Source of the DNA: an uncultured Planctomycetia bacterium
Lineage (GTDB): Bacteria > Omnitrophota > Gorgyraeia > 2-02-FULL-51-18
Length of the DNA: 64,000 nucleotides
Direction: 5' to 3'
Assembly: GCA_964606485.1 (NCBI GenBank)
Contig: CAZSGP010000002.1
Coordinates: 138,766-202,765 of the forward strand
Positions 28,758 through 38,925 of the stretch are shown piece by piece (position 1 is the stretch's first letter; every line of letters starts with the position of its first letter). The notes beneath the pieces were generated by a model. The model had not been told where the DNA came from, did not search any database, and saw only the letters and a program-made list of their open reading frames with translations. A program made the translations under genes and the position numbers.

Positions 28758-28848
28758 GTCATCCTGAGGCGTTTTTTGCCGAAGGATCTTTTCTGCACTC
28801 CAGAATCTATTCACTTAGGCAAGATCCTTCGCTGTCGCTCAGGATGAC
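28758..28848. repeat. long imperfect palindrome (stem ~26 bp with bulges, loop ~30 nt)
   Basis: cgtcatcctgaggcg...gccgaaggatctt // aagatccttcgc...cgctcaggatgac; lies 10 nt after the MIPS stop codon. Confidence 0.6.
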
Positions 28849-28864
28849 CCTCCCCAAAAATAAA

Positions 28865-28905
28865 AACCCCGCTAGAGATTTCTCTCTAGCGGGGCTCTTA
28901 CTTTG
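28865..28905. terminator. bidirectional rho-independent terminator
   Basis: Perfect 12-bp stem ccccgctagaga/tctctagcgggg with a 4-nt loop, flanked by T-rich runs on both strands. Sits between the convergent MIPS (+) and OMP (-) genes. Confidence 0.7.
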
Positions 28906-28918
28906 TTACTTTTAAGTC

Positions 28919-30346
28919 TTAGAAGCTCACCTTAACCGAGGTAACGATATCGGTCGCAACGTCATCCGCAGGTGAATTGTAGAAATCGCCCGGGATAAAC
29001 CATCCGGCTAGAAGGCCGAATGAAACGTCTTCGGTGTAGTCATAAGTGGCTTGGAAATCCCACTCGTAACCAATTTCATCGCTCAGCGTCGCAGAAGCTT
29101 GATTGCCTGCAACAGTGTGAATATCCTCATCGTTCCAGAGGTATGTGAACGATCCTTCAAGCAACAAGTCTTCCATCGGCTTCAAGGAACCCTTAACCTG
29201 AATCAGATTCGAGTTCGTAGTAGCTGGCTGGTCAACTCCAGTGTTATCGGCAGTATTGTAAACAAATTCACGGAAATCGGCATAGGCCGTCCAGAATTTG
29301 CCACGATAGAGACCATTCCACGCGCTGTAGTTTTCAGTGGTGTTGGATCCAGCATTGTCTGTTCCCGAGAAATGAACATACTCGAGAGTCAATTCCGGCT
29401 TCCAAACGTTATCGAAACGGTAGGTACCGAACACATCCAGAGCCAACGCATCGCGATCACGGCTTCCACGAGAAACGTTAGCAGCGTACTTACCAAATTG
29501 GTAAGCAAGTTCAGCGCCTAACGTCATTTGTGAAATAGGATCAAACTGAACACGGCCACCAATGGTGTTCGTGCTATTGTCGAGATCATTGCTATTGGCC
29601 GGAAGCGTCGAAAGAGTTGCTCTGTCAAATTCATTGACCAAGTAACCTTCGGCAACCGCATTGTATTCGGCGAACTTGTAGTTCACGTTAGTGATCCACA
29701 GGTCGGTATCGTCTTCTGGATCATGGGCATTTTCCGTGATCTTCGAATAAGCGATATCGATGGTCCATGGGTTGAAATCGAGCGTTGCGCGGATCGCGTC
29801 AAACGCTGTTTCAGTGGAATACTCATTGGCCGCAATCGTGCCCTGGGAATCCCAAGCGCGGTTGTTGTTACCAATGATGAATCCACGACCAAACCACAGG
29901 TCTTGACGACCAACGGTCAGCGTGAGAGGAGAATAAAAAATCTCCTTCATTTTGACGTAAGCGAGGTCAAGAATAACGTCGAATTCGTTCGCTGTGTTGC
30001 TAGCAACTCCACCGCCGCCCGCATTGTAAGCATCGGCGTTCCAATCGCGCTGGTTAGCGAGATTGATGACGGTAGAAACATTGTCAGTCAGGTCAGCCGC
30101 CACTTCGATCTGGGTGATCGACATGAAGAAGCTATCTCCGTCTGACTTGTTGGTGAGTCCGCCCGCAGCGGCCGCTCCGGCCGGTGAGGAAGCTGCATCG
30201 TTGCCGCCGCGAAGATCATAGTCGCTGCGATAGAATGAGTAAGCATCCAAAGAACCGCTTACTTTGACGTTTTGCGTTTCGGCGAAAGCAGGAGCCGAGA
30301 AGGCGACTGCAAGCGCGAGAACAAATAACGCTTTGATTGATTTCAT
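28919..30346 (-). CDS. outer-membrane beta-barrel (porin-like) protein
   Basis: 475 aa with a signal peptide (MKSIKALFVLALAVAFSAPAFA), alternating-hydrophobic beta-strand character, an Asn/Asp/Thr/Gly-rich composition, and a C-terminal ...VKVSF with terminal Phe. Confidence 0.7.
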   Translation of the reverse strand: MKSIKALFVLALAVAFSAPAFAETQNVKVSGSLDAYSFYRSDYDLRGGNDAASSPAGAAAAGGLTNKSDGDSFFMSITQIEVAADLTDNVSTVINLANQRDWNADAYNAGGGGVASNTANEFDVILDLAYVKMKEIFYSPLTLTVGRQDLWFGRGFIIGNNNRAWDSQGTIAANEYSTETAFDAIRATLDFNPWTIDIAYSKITENAHDPEDDTDLWITNVNYKFAEYNAVAEGYLVNEFDRATLSTLPANSNDLDNSTNTIGGRVQFDPISQMTLGAELAYQFGKYAANVSRGSRDRDALALDVFGTYRFDNVWKPELTLEYVHFSGTDNAGSNTTENYSAWNGLYRGKFWTAYADFREFVYNTADNTGVDQPATTNSNLIQVKGSLKPMEDLLLEGSFTYLWNDEDIHTVAGNQASATLSDEIGYEWDFQATYDYTEDVSFGLLAGWFIPGDFYNSPADDVATDIVTSVKVSF

Positions 30347-30568
30347 TTATTACTCCTAGAGTTTAATTTCTTTATTTTCTTATTTAGGTAGAACTTTAAG
30401 GTCACCGGCTTATCGGGCCGGCGGATAATCCTGAGCCTTGATTATTGCTTCCCCCCTCTCCTTGGCATAGATTAGATTATCTGTTAGGCGTATTTAAACG
30501 CAACGATAGGCTATCAAATTTAAGCGTTTCCTGTCAAGGGGATTTAACCTATTTGTAACAAAAGAATT

Positions 30569-30640
30569 GCCCCCGGGCCGAATCGAACGGCCATAACAGG
30601 TTTAGGAAACCTGCGCTCTATCCAATTGAGCTACAGGGGC
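30569..30640 (-). tRNA. tRNA-Arg (anticodon CCT)
   Basis: Cloverleaf with acceptor gcccctg, D-arm agctcaattggatagagc, anticodon loop uuCCUaa, T-loop gttcgattc. Confidence 0.75.
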
Positions 30641-30657
30641 TAAACTCTTGGTGAAGT

Positions 30658-31488
30658 TTAGGAGCTTGCGTCGTTTTCCTGGCGGATCACGAGTGCGCGG
30701 AGTCGTTTGAGCGCCGACTCTTCTATCTGACGAACTCTTTCGCGGGTAATTTTAAATTTCTTGGCAACTTCTTCAAGCGTCTTTGGCTCATCATCCTTCA
30801 AGCCAAAACGGAGCTCGAGAATTTTTCGTTCGCGCTCATCCATATTTTCCAAAAGCGATGCAACGCGTTCTCCGCGAAATAAATTGTCCATTTGGTCTTG
30901 TGAAGAAACAGCCTTCGGATCTTCCATGACATCAATAATCGAAACTTCCCCTGCTTCGTCAATTGATTGATCCAAAGAAGTAGTCCCTTGATCCATCTGC
31001 TGAAGCTCTTTGATTTTTGAAACGGAAAGCTTCATCGCGCGCGCCAACTCATCCACTTTTGCTTTGCGGCGATGTTTATGCAGTAATTTTTCCTGAACTT
31101 TTCGAAATTTCGAAAGCGTCTCAACCATGTACACGGGAATGCGAACTGTTTTTCCCTGGTCTGCAAGAGCGCGGGTGACATGCTGCTTAATCCACCACGA
31201 GGCATAAGTTGAAAACCGATAACCGCGCTTGGGATCAAACTTGCTTACAGCCTTCATTAAGCCAAGATTTCCCTCTTCAATTAAATCCAGAAGCGGCATC
31301 CCATAATTGCCATACTGCTTGGCGATGTTGATGACGAGGCGCAGATTGGAGCGAATCATTTTGCGACGCGCTTGCGCGTCCCCTCGCTTGATGCGTTTGG
31401 CAGTTTTTAATTCATCTTCCGCCGTTAAAAGCGGAATATGCTTAATGTCTTTGATGTAAAGTTTAAGCGCGTCCATGCGGTCTTCCAA
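30658..31488 (-). CDS. RNA polymerase sigma factor, sigma-70 family (group 2/3-like, RpoS/RpoH size)
   Basis: 276 aa with region 2 (YASWWIKQHVTRAL), region 3 and region 4 (LEEVAKKFKITRERVRQIE) motifs. The assignment to RpoD, RpoS or RpoH is not resolvable by eye. Confidence 0.85.
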   Translation of the reverse strand: MEDRMDALKLYIKDIKHIPLLTAEDELKTAKRIKRGDAQARRKMIRSNLRLVINIAKQYGNYGMPLLDLIEEGNLGLMKAVSKFDPKRGYRFSTYASWWIKQHVTRALADQGKTVRIPVYMVETLSKFRKVQEKLLHKHRRKAKVDELARAMKLSVSKIKELQQMDQGTTSLDQSIDEAGEVSIIDVMEDPKAVSSQDQMDNLFRGERVASLLENMDERERKILELRFGLKDDEPKTLEEVAKKFKITRERVRQIEESALKRLRALVIRQENDASS

Positions 31489-31565
31489 TAATGTTATAAA
31501 GCAAACGAAGCAACCCCGCCGGTTGGCGAGATTGCTTCGTTGTCATTTTTTCTAGCAAATTCAAA

Positions 31566-34238
31566 TTACTTCTTTTCCTTGAGCACAGCTTGTGCTGCTG
31601 CCAATCTTGCAATCGGAACGCGGAACGGCGAACAGCTGACATAATTTAAACCGGAGCGGTGACAAAATTCAATCGACGAAGCATCTCCGCCGTGCTCACC
31701 GCAGATTCCGATCTTCAGATCCTTTTTCACCGAGCGGCCTTTTTGAACAGCCATCTCGATTAGCTTACCCACGCCATGCTGGTCGAGGCTGACAAACGGA
31801 TCTACTTTCAGAATTCCCTTTTCGATGTAGTACGGCAAGAACTTACCAATATCATCGCGCGAAAAACCAAAGCTCATCTGCGTGAGATCGTTGGTTCCGA
31901 AGCTAAAAAATTCTGCTTCAGCCGCAATGTCATCCGCAATCAGCGCCGCACGGGGAATTTCGATCATGGTTCCAACCATGTATTCGATTTTCACTTTGTG
32001 CTTAGCGGTGACTTCCTCGGCAATCTTAATAATATCGCCTTTGGTCATCTGAAGCTCGCCCAAGATACCGACAATCGGAATCATCACTTCAGGCACCACG
32101 CGCAAACCTTCTTTGGCCAATTCGCAGGCGGCGTTAAAAATCGCGCGCGCTTGCATCTTGTACATTTCAGGATACGTCACGGCTAAACGGCAGCCGCGGT
32201 GACCGAGCATGGGGTTCACTTCGTGAAGAAAGAGAACTTTCTTTTCAAGTTCTTTGACCGAGATTTTCAGATCCTTGGCCACTTTTTGCATTTCTTTTCC
32301 ATCTTTAGGTAAGAATTCGTGTAATGGGGGATCCAGAAGACGAATCGTTACTGGTAGACCGGCCATCGCCTTGAAGATTCCTTTAAAGTCCCCTTTTTGC
32401 AAAGGCTCAAGTTTGTTGAGCGCTTTGATGCGGGACGCTTCATCCTGCGCCAAAATCATTTCGCGCATAGCCTTCAAGCGAAATTCTCCGAAGAACATGT
32501 GCTCGGTGCGGCAAAGACCAATTCCCTCTGCCCCAAATTCGCGAGCCGCTTTAGCATCTTCCGGAGTGTCAGCATTGGTGCGCACTTTCAGTTTGCGAAC
32601 ATCATCCGCCCACTGCATAAATTGTTTGAAATCGGCGCTCAGCTCAGGCTTCGTGAGTTTGACTTCACCCAAGATCACTTCACCGGTTGAACCGTTGATC
32701 GTGATCATGTCGCCTTCTTTTACTTTCACCGAACCCACTGTGAACGCTTTTCCGTCAATAGAAAGCTCGCCACAGCCGGCAATACAGCACTTGCCCATGC
32801 CGCGCGCAACCACTGCCGCGTGACTCGTCATTCCGCCCGTCGCAGTTAAAATTCCTTCCGCCGCCGCCATACCACCCACGTCTTCAGGGGAAGTTTCGCG
32901 ACGAACCAAAACTACTTTCTTGCCCGCTTCGCTGGCTTTAATGGCGTCTTCAGCATTGAACACCACTTTACCAACTGCCGCTCCGGGCGAGGCCGGAAGA
33001 CCTTTAGCGAGAACTTTGTACTTCGTCTTGGTGTCAATAGACGGGTGCAGGAGCTGATCCAGCTGATCCGGTGTTACGCGCAGAAGCGCTTCATTTTTAG
33101 AAATAAGTCCTTCGCGCACCATGTCGCAGGCAATTTTAATAGCTGCGCGCGCGACACGTTTTCCATTGCGAGTTTGAAGAAGATAGAGACGCCCTTCTTC
33201 AATAGTGAATTCCAAATCCTGCATGTCGCGGAAATGTTTTTCTAGACGCTGATAAATAGACACAAGCTCCGCATACGCTTTAGGCATTTTATCTTCGAGC
33301 TGGCTAATCGGATTCGGAGTACGAATACCCGCCACCACGTCCTCGCCCTGCGCGTTCATTAAAAATTCACCGAAAAATTTCTTTTCACCAGTGCCGGGGT
33401 CGCGGGTAAATGCGACACCGGTGCCGCTCGTCTCACCCATGTTTCCAAACACCATGGACTGAACGTTAACGCCGGTTCCCAAGTCATGAGGAATCTTGCT
33501 CAAATTGCGATACGTAATTGCGCGGTCGTTGTTCCAAGACGCAAACACCGCGTTGCACGCAAGCGACAACTGAACCATTGGATCTTCCGGAAATGCTTTT
33601 TTAGTCTTCGACTTCACGTAGTCCTTATATTCTTTAACGAGCTCCTTCAAATCAGAAGCTTTAAGATCGGTGTCTTGCGTGATCTTTAGTTTTTTCTTTT
33701 TGGCCGCCAGGATGTGTTCGAAACCATGATGATCCATTTCGAGAACCACGTTGCCGAACATTTGAATAAAACGGCGGTACGCGTCGTACGCAAAGCGCTC
33801 GTTCTTGGTTTTGCGGATCAGCGCCTGCACTGTTTTTTCAGTGAGACCCAAATTCAAAATCGTATCCATCATACCCGGAAGCGAAACCGAGGCACCACTA
33901 CGAACTGACACAAGCAGTGGATTTTCGTCGCCGCCAAATGTTTTACCGGTGGCTTCTTCTAGTAGTTTTAAATTATTTTTGATCTCCGCGTCCAAACCGC
34001 TTGGCCAATGTTCGCCGAGCGCATAAAACTCTTTGCAAGCAACCGTGGAAATCGTAAAACCCGGAGGAACTGGTACGCCAAGATTCGTCATTTCGGCAAG
34101 ATTGGCTCCCTTGCCCCCTAAAAGAATACGCTGGTCTTTGGTGCCTTCGGCTTTACCGTTCCCGAAAAAATAAACATACTTTTTATTGGATCCTGACATT
34201 TTCTGTGATTTCTCCCGGCTTTCAGTTGCAACTGACAT
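31566..34238 (-). CDS. ppdK: pyruvate, phosphate dikinase
   Basis: 890 aa with an N-terminal ATP-grasp, a central phosphohistidine domain (GGMTSHAAVVARGMGKCCIAGC) and a C-terminal PEP-utilising TIM barrel (CGEHGGD). Confidence 0.93.
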   Translation of the reverse strand: MSVATESREKSQKMSGSNKKYVYFFGNGKAEGTKDQRILLGGKGANLAEMTNLGVPVPPGFTISTVACKEFYALGEHWPSGLDAEIKNNLKLLEEATGKTFGGDENPLLVSVRSGASVSLPGMMDTILNLGLTEKTVQALIRKTKNERFAYDAYRRFIQMFGNVVLEMDHHGFEHILAAKKKKLKITQDTDLKASDLKELVKEYKDYVKSKTKKAFPEDPMVQLSLACNAVFASWNNDRAITYRNLSKIPHDLGTGVNVQSMVFGNMGETSGTGVAFTRDPGTGEKKFFGEFLMNAQGEDVVAGIRTPNPISQLEDKMPKAYAELVSIYQRLEKHFRDMQDLEFTIEEGRLYLLQTRNGKRVARAAIKIACDMVREGLISKNEALLRVTPDQLDQLLHPSIDTKTKYKVLAKGLPASPGAAVGKVVFNAEDAIKASEAGKKVVLVRRETSPEDVGGMAAAEGILTATGGMTSHAAVVARGMGKCCIAGCGELSIDGKAFTVGSVKVKEGDMITINGSTGEVILGEVKLTKPELSADFKQFMQWADDVRKLKVRTNADTPEDAKAAREFGAEGIGLCRTEHMFFGEFRLKAMREMILAQDEASRIKALNKLEPLQKGDFKGIFKAMAGLPVTIRLLDPPLHEFLPKDGKEMQKVAKDLKISVKELEKKVLFLHEVNPMLGHRGCRLAVTYPEMYKMQARAIFNAACELAKEGLRVVPEVMIPIVGILGELQMTKGDIIKIAEEVTAKHKVKIEYMVGTMIEIPRAALIADDIAAEAEFFSFGTNDLTQMSFGFSRDDIGKFLPYYIEKGILKVDPFVSLDQHGVGKLIEMAVQKGRSVKKDLKIGICGEHGGDASSIEFCHRSGLNYVSCSPFRVPIARLAAAQAVLKEKK

Positions 34239-34250
34239 AATGAACTCCTC

Positions 34251-36368
34251 TTAAAGTTTAATCTTGGACAAATCGGCGACCCCGTGGGTATAGAGGTCTT
34301 TCACATTTTTCAACAACAACACTCTGTTTTTGCGTACATTTGGATCTTCTGCATTCACAAAAACTGTTTCAAAGAATTCGCTTAAGATATCAAAAAACGT
34401 CTCGGCGTACAAGCTTGTTGCTCGCTCAAGCTCACTAGAGCCTATGAGCTGCCCGATTTGACTTTTCGTCTTTTCAAAACTCTCAAACACTTTTTTTTCG
34501 GCGGGCTCGATTAAAAGCCCGGCTTCGGCCTGACCCGAGAAGGATTCTTTAACGCCTTTCAGAATATTTGAGATACGCTCGACCACCTTGCAGGCATTCG
34601 GGAAAAAGGGTTGGGTGGCTAATTTTGAAATCGCGGTGATCTTCTGTTCGAGTTCCTTTATATTGTCAAATGGCCTTCCGGACAAAACGGCCTCCACCAC
34701 ATCCGGCCGAAAACCCTTATCTCCCATCAGCGCGCGGAAGCGGTCCTTAAAAAGATCTTCTATTTTTTGTTTAAAATTCGACGCAGACAATTCAGCAGTC
34801 GCTCCATCAATCAGCTCTGAAAAAGAGAGGTTCAGGTTTTTTTCGAGGACGATGCGAATCACGGCTGCCGCACTTCGGCGAAGCCCGTAAGGGTCCGCAC
34901 TGCTAGACGGTTCGAGACCTTGACCAAAACACGCTGAGATTAAATCCATTTTATCTAAAATGGAAACGATGGCTCCGAGCTTTGACGCGGGAAGTTTATC
35001 TGAGACGGTTCGAGGCAAGTACTGCTCGCCGATTGCGTCCGATACATTTGACCTATCTCCGCTCGCCTTGGAGTAATACTTACCCATCACTCCTTGAAGC
35101 TCAGGAAATTCACCCACCATCAGCGTCAGGAGATCTGCTTTCGCAAGCATACACGCGCGCTCAAGATCCTGACTCTCTTCCCCGCTTAAACCCAAACGCA
35201 CGGACACCGCGCGAGACAAATTCATCATGCGGCTCGATTTTTCATTCATCGACCCCGCCCCTTTCAAGAAAACGAGATTCTTCAGCTCTTCGCGTTTTTT
35301 ATCGAGCGGCGCTTTCGTATCTTCTTGGAAGAAAAATAAACTATCTTTTAGTTTGGCGTGGAGAATATTTTCTATATTCTTAGAAATTTTATTTTTCTGC
35401 GCAGTATTCGCTTGGCCATCCAAGACCGCCAAGAAGCGCGGGATCACGTTTCCCTTCGAGTCGGTGAGACCAAAGATGCGCTGTTTGCGCGCCATGCTCA
35501 CCGTCAAAACTTCGAGTGGCAGTTTTAAGAATTCTTTGTCAAACGGCGCAGACAACGCGCAAGGGTTTTCCACTAAAAAAACAACTTCGTTCATTAAAAA
35601 TGGATCGTCATAAAGTTTTGCGTTAAATGATTTGGCTAACTTTTGAAGCTCACTCTCAATCACCTTCCGACGCTCAACACTGTCGAGAATGACGCCTTTG
35701 GCTTTCAGAGTTTTGAAGTAATGCTCCGGATCCTTTACCGCAACAAGCGTTCTCTTGGACTTCGAGAAAAAAGAAGTGTGGGGTTTGACATCCGTGAAGC
35801 CAATTTTAAATTTTACGGGTGTTGCTCCATAAAAGCAAAGATAGTTACGGATGGGGCGCGAGAACACAATTCCCGAAGCGTCCCATTTCATGGGCTTCGC
35901 AAAACCGAGCGTGCGCACAAGGTCCTCGCAGAGTTTTGGCAAAACCTGCGTGGTTTTTAAAGCGCTCTCGGCTTTTTTAATGAAGATAAATTCTTTGCCG
36001 TTGAAATCCGAAACAACGGTGTCGGCAACCGTGACCTGGCGGTGTTTTAAAATCGTTAAAAACTTTTCGGTGGGCTTCCCATCCGCATCGTAAGCATCGG
36101 ACTTTGCAAATAATTTTGTCAGTGTGTCTTTGGCGGATTGAGTAGACGAGGCTTCTTTGGCTAAAAACACCAAACGGCGCGGCGTCGCCAACACTTTTAC
36201 GGATGAAAAAGAAATACGGGATTCTTCTAGAAGCTTTTTAAATTTAAGCTCGAAAATATTTTCGGCTTGCGAATAAACGTCCGCGAGCGCGGTCGCCGGA
36301 AGCTCTTCGGCGCCGATTTCAAAAAGAATGTCGTTGGCTTGCCTCTTATCGTTCATAACCTTCCCCAT
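34251..36368 (-). CDS. glyS: glycine--tRNA ligase beta subunit
   Basis: 705 aa; the N-terminus ILFEIGAEELPA is the GlyS signature. Lies downstream of glyQ. Confidence 0.9.
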   Translation of the reverse strand: MGKVMNDKRQANDILFEIGAEELPATALADVYSQAENIFELKFKKLLEESRISFSSVKVLATPRRLVFLAKEASSTQSAKDTLTKLFAKSDAYDADGKPTEKFLTILKHRQVTVADTVVSDFNGKEFIFIKKAESALKTTQVLPKLCEDLVRTLGFAKPMKWDASGIVFSRPIRNYLCFYGATPVKFKIGFTDVKPHTSFFSKSKRTLVAVKDPEHYFKTLKAKGVILDSVERRKVIESELQKLAKSFNAKLYDDPFLMNEVVFLVENPCALSAPFDKEFLKLPLEVLTVSMARKQRIFGLTDSKGNVIPRFLAVLDGQANTAQKNKISKNIENILHAKLKDSLFFFQEDTKAPLDKKREELKNLVFLKGAGSMNEKSSRMMNLSRAVSVRLGLSGEESQDLERACMLAKADLLTLMVGEFPELQGVMGKYYSKASGDRSNVSDAIGEQYLPRTVSDKLPASKLGAIVSILDKMDLISACFGQGLEPSSSADPYGLRRSAAAVIRIVLEKNLNLSFSELIDGATAELSASNFKQKIEDLFKDRFRALMGDKGFRPDVVEAVLSGRPFDNIKELEQKITAISKLATQPFFPNACKVVERISNILKGVKESFSGQAEAGLLIEPAEKKVFESFEKTKSQIGQLIGSSELERATSLYAETFFDILSEFFETVFVNAEDPNVRKNRVLLLKNVKDLYTHGVADLSKIKL

Positions 36369-36487
36369 TCAAACCACCTCCCCGGCGCTTCGCGTCCGCC
36401 CCTCCTTGGTAAGGAGGGGAAAGTTGCCCGAATTTCCTCCCCTTACCAAGGGGAGGTGTCCCCCACGTTCTTCGGGGGACGGAGGGG

Positions 36488-37372
36488 TCAACTCGGCAAA
36501 CTCTCCTTGTTCATGTAAAGTTCCGCACACTTCTTTGCCAGATTCCGCACCCGCGCAATAAAGGTCGGGCGCTCGTTGACACTCACCGCGCCCCGCGCAT
36601 CGAGCATGTTAAACGCGTGCGATGTTTTGAGCGCAAGTTCGTAAGCTGGGAGAATCAAAGAATATTTGTTGAGCTTTGGATCTTCGGCTAAGAGGCGCTT
36701 TGCTTCCTTTTCATAAGTTTCAAATAAATGGTGCAGCATCTGTGTGTCGCTTTTATCAAAATTATAAAAACAATATTCTTCTTCATTGCTGCGGCGCAGG
36801 TCCCCGTACTTCACGCCTTTGGACCAGTCGAGATCAAACATATCCGTCTTGCCCTGTAAAAACATGCAAATGCGCTCGAGCCCGTAAGTGATTTCACAGG
36901 TGATAGGGCTTAAAGGAAAACCGGCCATCTGCTGGAAGTAGGTAAACTGCGTGACTTCTAAGCTATCAATCCACACTTCCCAGCCGAGTCCCGAAGCACC
37001 AAGCGTCGGAGACTCCCAGTCGTCCTGCACAAAACGTAAATCATGCTCTTCAAGTTTAAGTCCAATCGAGCGCAAACTATTCAAATACAAATCCTGCGCG
37101 TTATCTGGGGATGGTTTTAGAATCACCTGATACTGGTAATAATGCTGGGTGCGAAGAGGGTTTTCGCCATAACGTCCATCGGTGGGGCGACGTGTCGGCT
37201 GAACATAAGCTACACTTGTCGGCTTCGGTCCAAGTGATCCAAAAAAAGTAGCGGGGTGAAAGGTGCCTGCACCCACTTCCATATCAAAGGGCTGCAGAAT
37301 AGCGCAACCCTTGTCGGCCCAATAAGCCGATAAATTGGCGATCAAATCCTGAAAATAGACCGACTGTTTCAA
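36488..37372 (-). CDS. glyQ: glycine--tRNA ligase alpha subunit
   Basis: 294 aa; [34 protein letters not shown] is the canonical GlyQ sequence. Confidence 0.95.
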   Translation of the reverse strand: MKQSVYFQDLIANLSAYWADKGCAILQPFDMEVGAGTFHPATFFGSLGPKPTSVAYVQPTRRPTDGRYGENPLRTQHYYQYQVILKPSPDNAQDLYLNSLRSIGLKLEEHDLRFVQDDWESPTLGASGLGWEVWIDSLEVTQFTYFQQMAGFPLSPITCEITYGLERICMFLQGKTDMFDLDWSKGVKYGDLRRSNEEEYCFYNFDKSDTQMLHHLFETYEKEAKRLLAEDPKLNKYSLILPAYELALKTSHAFNMLDARGAVSVNERPTFIARVRNLAKKCAELYMNKESLPS

Positions 37373-38124
37373 GCGTTCATTTTCTCCATAAATTGAAGCG
37401 ATTTAAGCGGATAGTGTAAATGAAAATCTACGAAACGTCTCAATATTTTTTCGAGTTCTTCGCCCACTTCTTGAGCGACTTTAACCGAATAAAGCGAGCG
37501 AATTTCCGAGCGGCGCACGTGGGCTAAAAAGTTGAGCGTACCCTTGGAAACCGGGATCTTTATCCCCTGACTTTTACCGGCACAGTTGCGGCAGAGAATT
37601 CCACCTGAGGACGGATTAAAGAATGCGGGTTCCGGCATCAGCGTCTGGCAGATCGCGCAAGCCTGAATTTCTGGGACAAGTCCCAAAAGTTCAAGCAGCT
37701 TCACTTCAAAGATGCGCGCGGCGCGCTTAACGGAAGCCCCGCTATTTAAAAATAAAATCGATTCATGAAGCAGTGTGAATATTTCCGGGTGCGCCTCTTC
37801 GGTCTCAACGAGCTCGTCAATGAGCTCAACAAAATAGCAGGCATACGCTAATTTTTCCAAGTCCTCGCGAACTTCATAAAACATATCGACGGTGTCTGCG
37901 TGTGTGATTTGATGAAGATCTCCGCCTTTGCGGCGTTTGTAAAATAGGATTTCATTCAGTGAGAAAGGCTCGAAAGTACTGCCATATTTGGCGCGCGTGT
38001 CGCGAACCCCTTTCACAATGCCGCGGATTTTTCCGTGATCCTGAGTGTACACGGTGAGCAGCAAGCTCGTGTCACGATAGTCTTGCGTTTTTAAAACGAA
38101 GGCGTGGGTTTTAGTGGCAGCCAT
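37369..38124 (-). CDS. recO: DNA repair protein RecO
   Basis: 251 aa with an N-terminal OB fold and a C-terminal CxxC...CxxC zinc-binding motif (CAICQ...CRNC). Confidence 0.85.
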   Translation of the reverse strand: MAATKTHAFVLKTQDYRDTSLLLTVYTQDHGKIRGIVKGVRDTRAKYGSTFEPFSLNEILFYKRRKGGDLHQITHADTVDMFYEVREDLEKLAYACYFVELIDELVETEEAHPEIFTLLHESILFLNSGASVKRAARIFEVKLLELLGLVPEIQACAICQTLMPEPAFFNPSSGGILCRNCAGKSQGIKIPVSKGTLNFLAHVRRSEIRSLYSVKVAQEVGEELEKILRRFVDFHLHYPLKSLQFMEKMNA

Positions 38125-38823
38125 TTAGCTGAATAATTTAAAAAATAGTGCCGTCACTAAGATCCCAACGAGCGCACCGGCTAAAATTTCTGCGAGTCTA
38201 TGGATACCGCTCTTCACGCGGCTGCGCGCGACCATGATGGCTAGAAAAAAAGTGACTCCGATCACAAACAAATTATCTGTGCAAAATAACACCGCGGTCC
38301 AGAGCGCAAAAGCCGTTGCCGAGTGGCCACTCAAGACTCCCCCGCGAAATGGGGTTCCTTTTGCAAAAAAAGCTTTACCGAAAATCACAAATGCTGCGGT
38401 AAATAAGACTGCAAAAAAAGCAACATTCCACTTGGCGTACTTGATGTGAAGGTCATGCAGATCTAAGGGCCAGGCCCAATACTTGGAAAAAATCAAATAC
38501 CCCACGATGAGTGCATTCACCGCCGTCACGAGACACGCTCCGGCTGAAACATCTTTGATCACGCGCACCCCGGGGTGAATAGAGTCCTCCAGCAAATCAG
38601 TCGTCTCTTCAATGGCGGTGTTAATCATTTCGGTGGCAAGCACCAGCGTAATCACGATGCTCAAGATAATCCACTCGAGTTTCGTGATCTGAAGCAAAAG
38701 GCCCAGAAGCAACACCAAAAACCCAAGCAAAAAATGAATGCGCATATTGCGTTCATTTTTAACCGCGTACAAAAATCCTTCGGCGGCGTTGTTGAGACTA
38801 TCTAGAAAATTACGTTTGCGCAT
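38125..38823 (-). CDS. diacylglycerol kinase (DgkA-type) fused to PAP2-type lipid phosphatase
   Basis: The N-terminal ~120 aa match prokaryotic DgkA (EMINTAIEE). The C-terminal ~110 aa carry PAP2 motifs 2 and 3 (SGHS ... SRVKSGIHRLAEILAG). Confidence 0.7.
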   Translation of the reverse strand: MRKRNFLDSLNNAAEGFLYAVKNERNMRIHFLLGFLVLLLGLLLQITKLEWIILSIVITLVLATEMINTAIEETTDLLEDSIHPGVRVIKDVSAGACLVTAVNALIVGYLIFSKYWAWPLDLHDLHIKYAKWNVAFFAVLFTAAFVIFGKAFFAKGTPFRGGVLSGHSATAFALWTAVLFCTDNLFVIGVTFFLAIMVARSRVKSGIHRLAEILAGALVGILVTALFFKLFS

Positions 38824-38852
38824 TTGTTCCGACCCTTTAACATAAAATTTAC

Positions 38853-38925
38853 GGGTCCTGCCGGCGGTTGTCCGTTCAGAACCACCTACGGTGGCTTCCG
38901 AGACGGACGCCTACCGCCGTCACCC
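38853..38925 (+). repeat. 75-nt palindromic repeat element, copy 1 (supplies the last 3 codons and TGA stop of ybeY)
   Basis: gggtcctgccggcggttgtccg...cggacgcctaccgccgtcaccc, flanked by the complementary extension aaaatttacggg/cccgtaaatttt. The central hairpin variant is gaaccacc-tac-ggtggcttc. Confidence 0.85.

Noticed and set aside
32254-32823. 189-aa plus-strand ORF
   Set aside because: Antisense to ppdK; Ser/Ala-rich composition consistent with a GC-skewed shadow frame.
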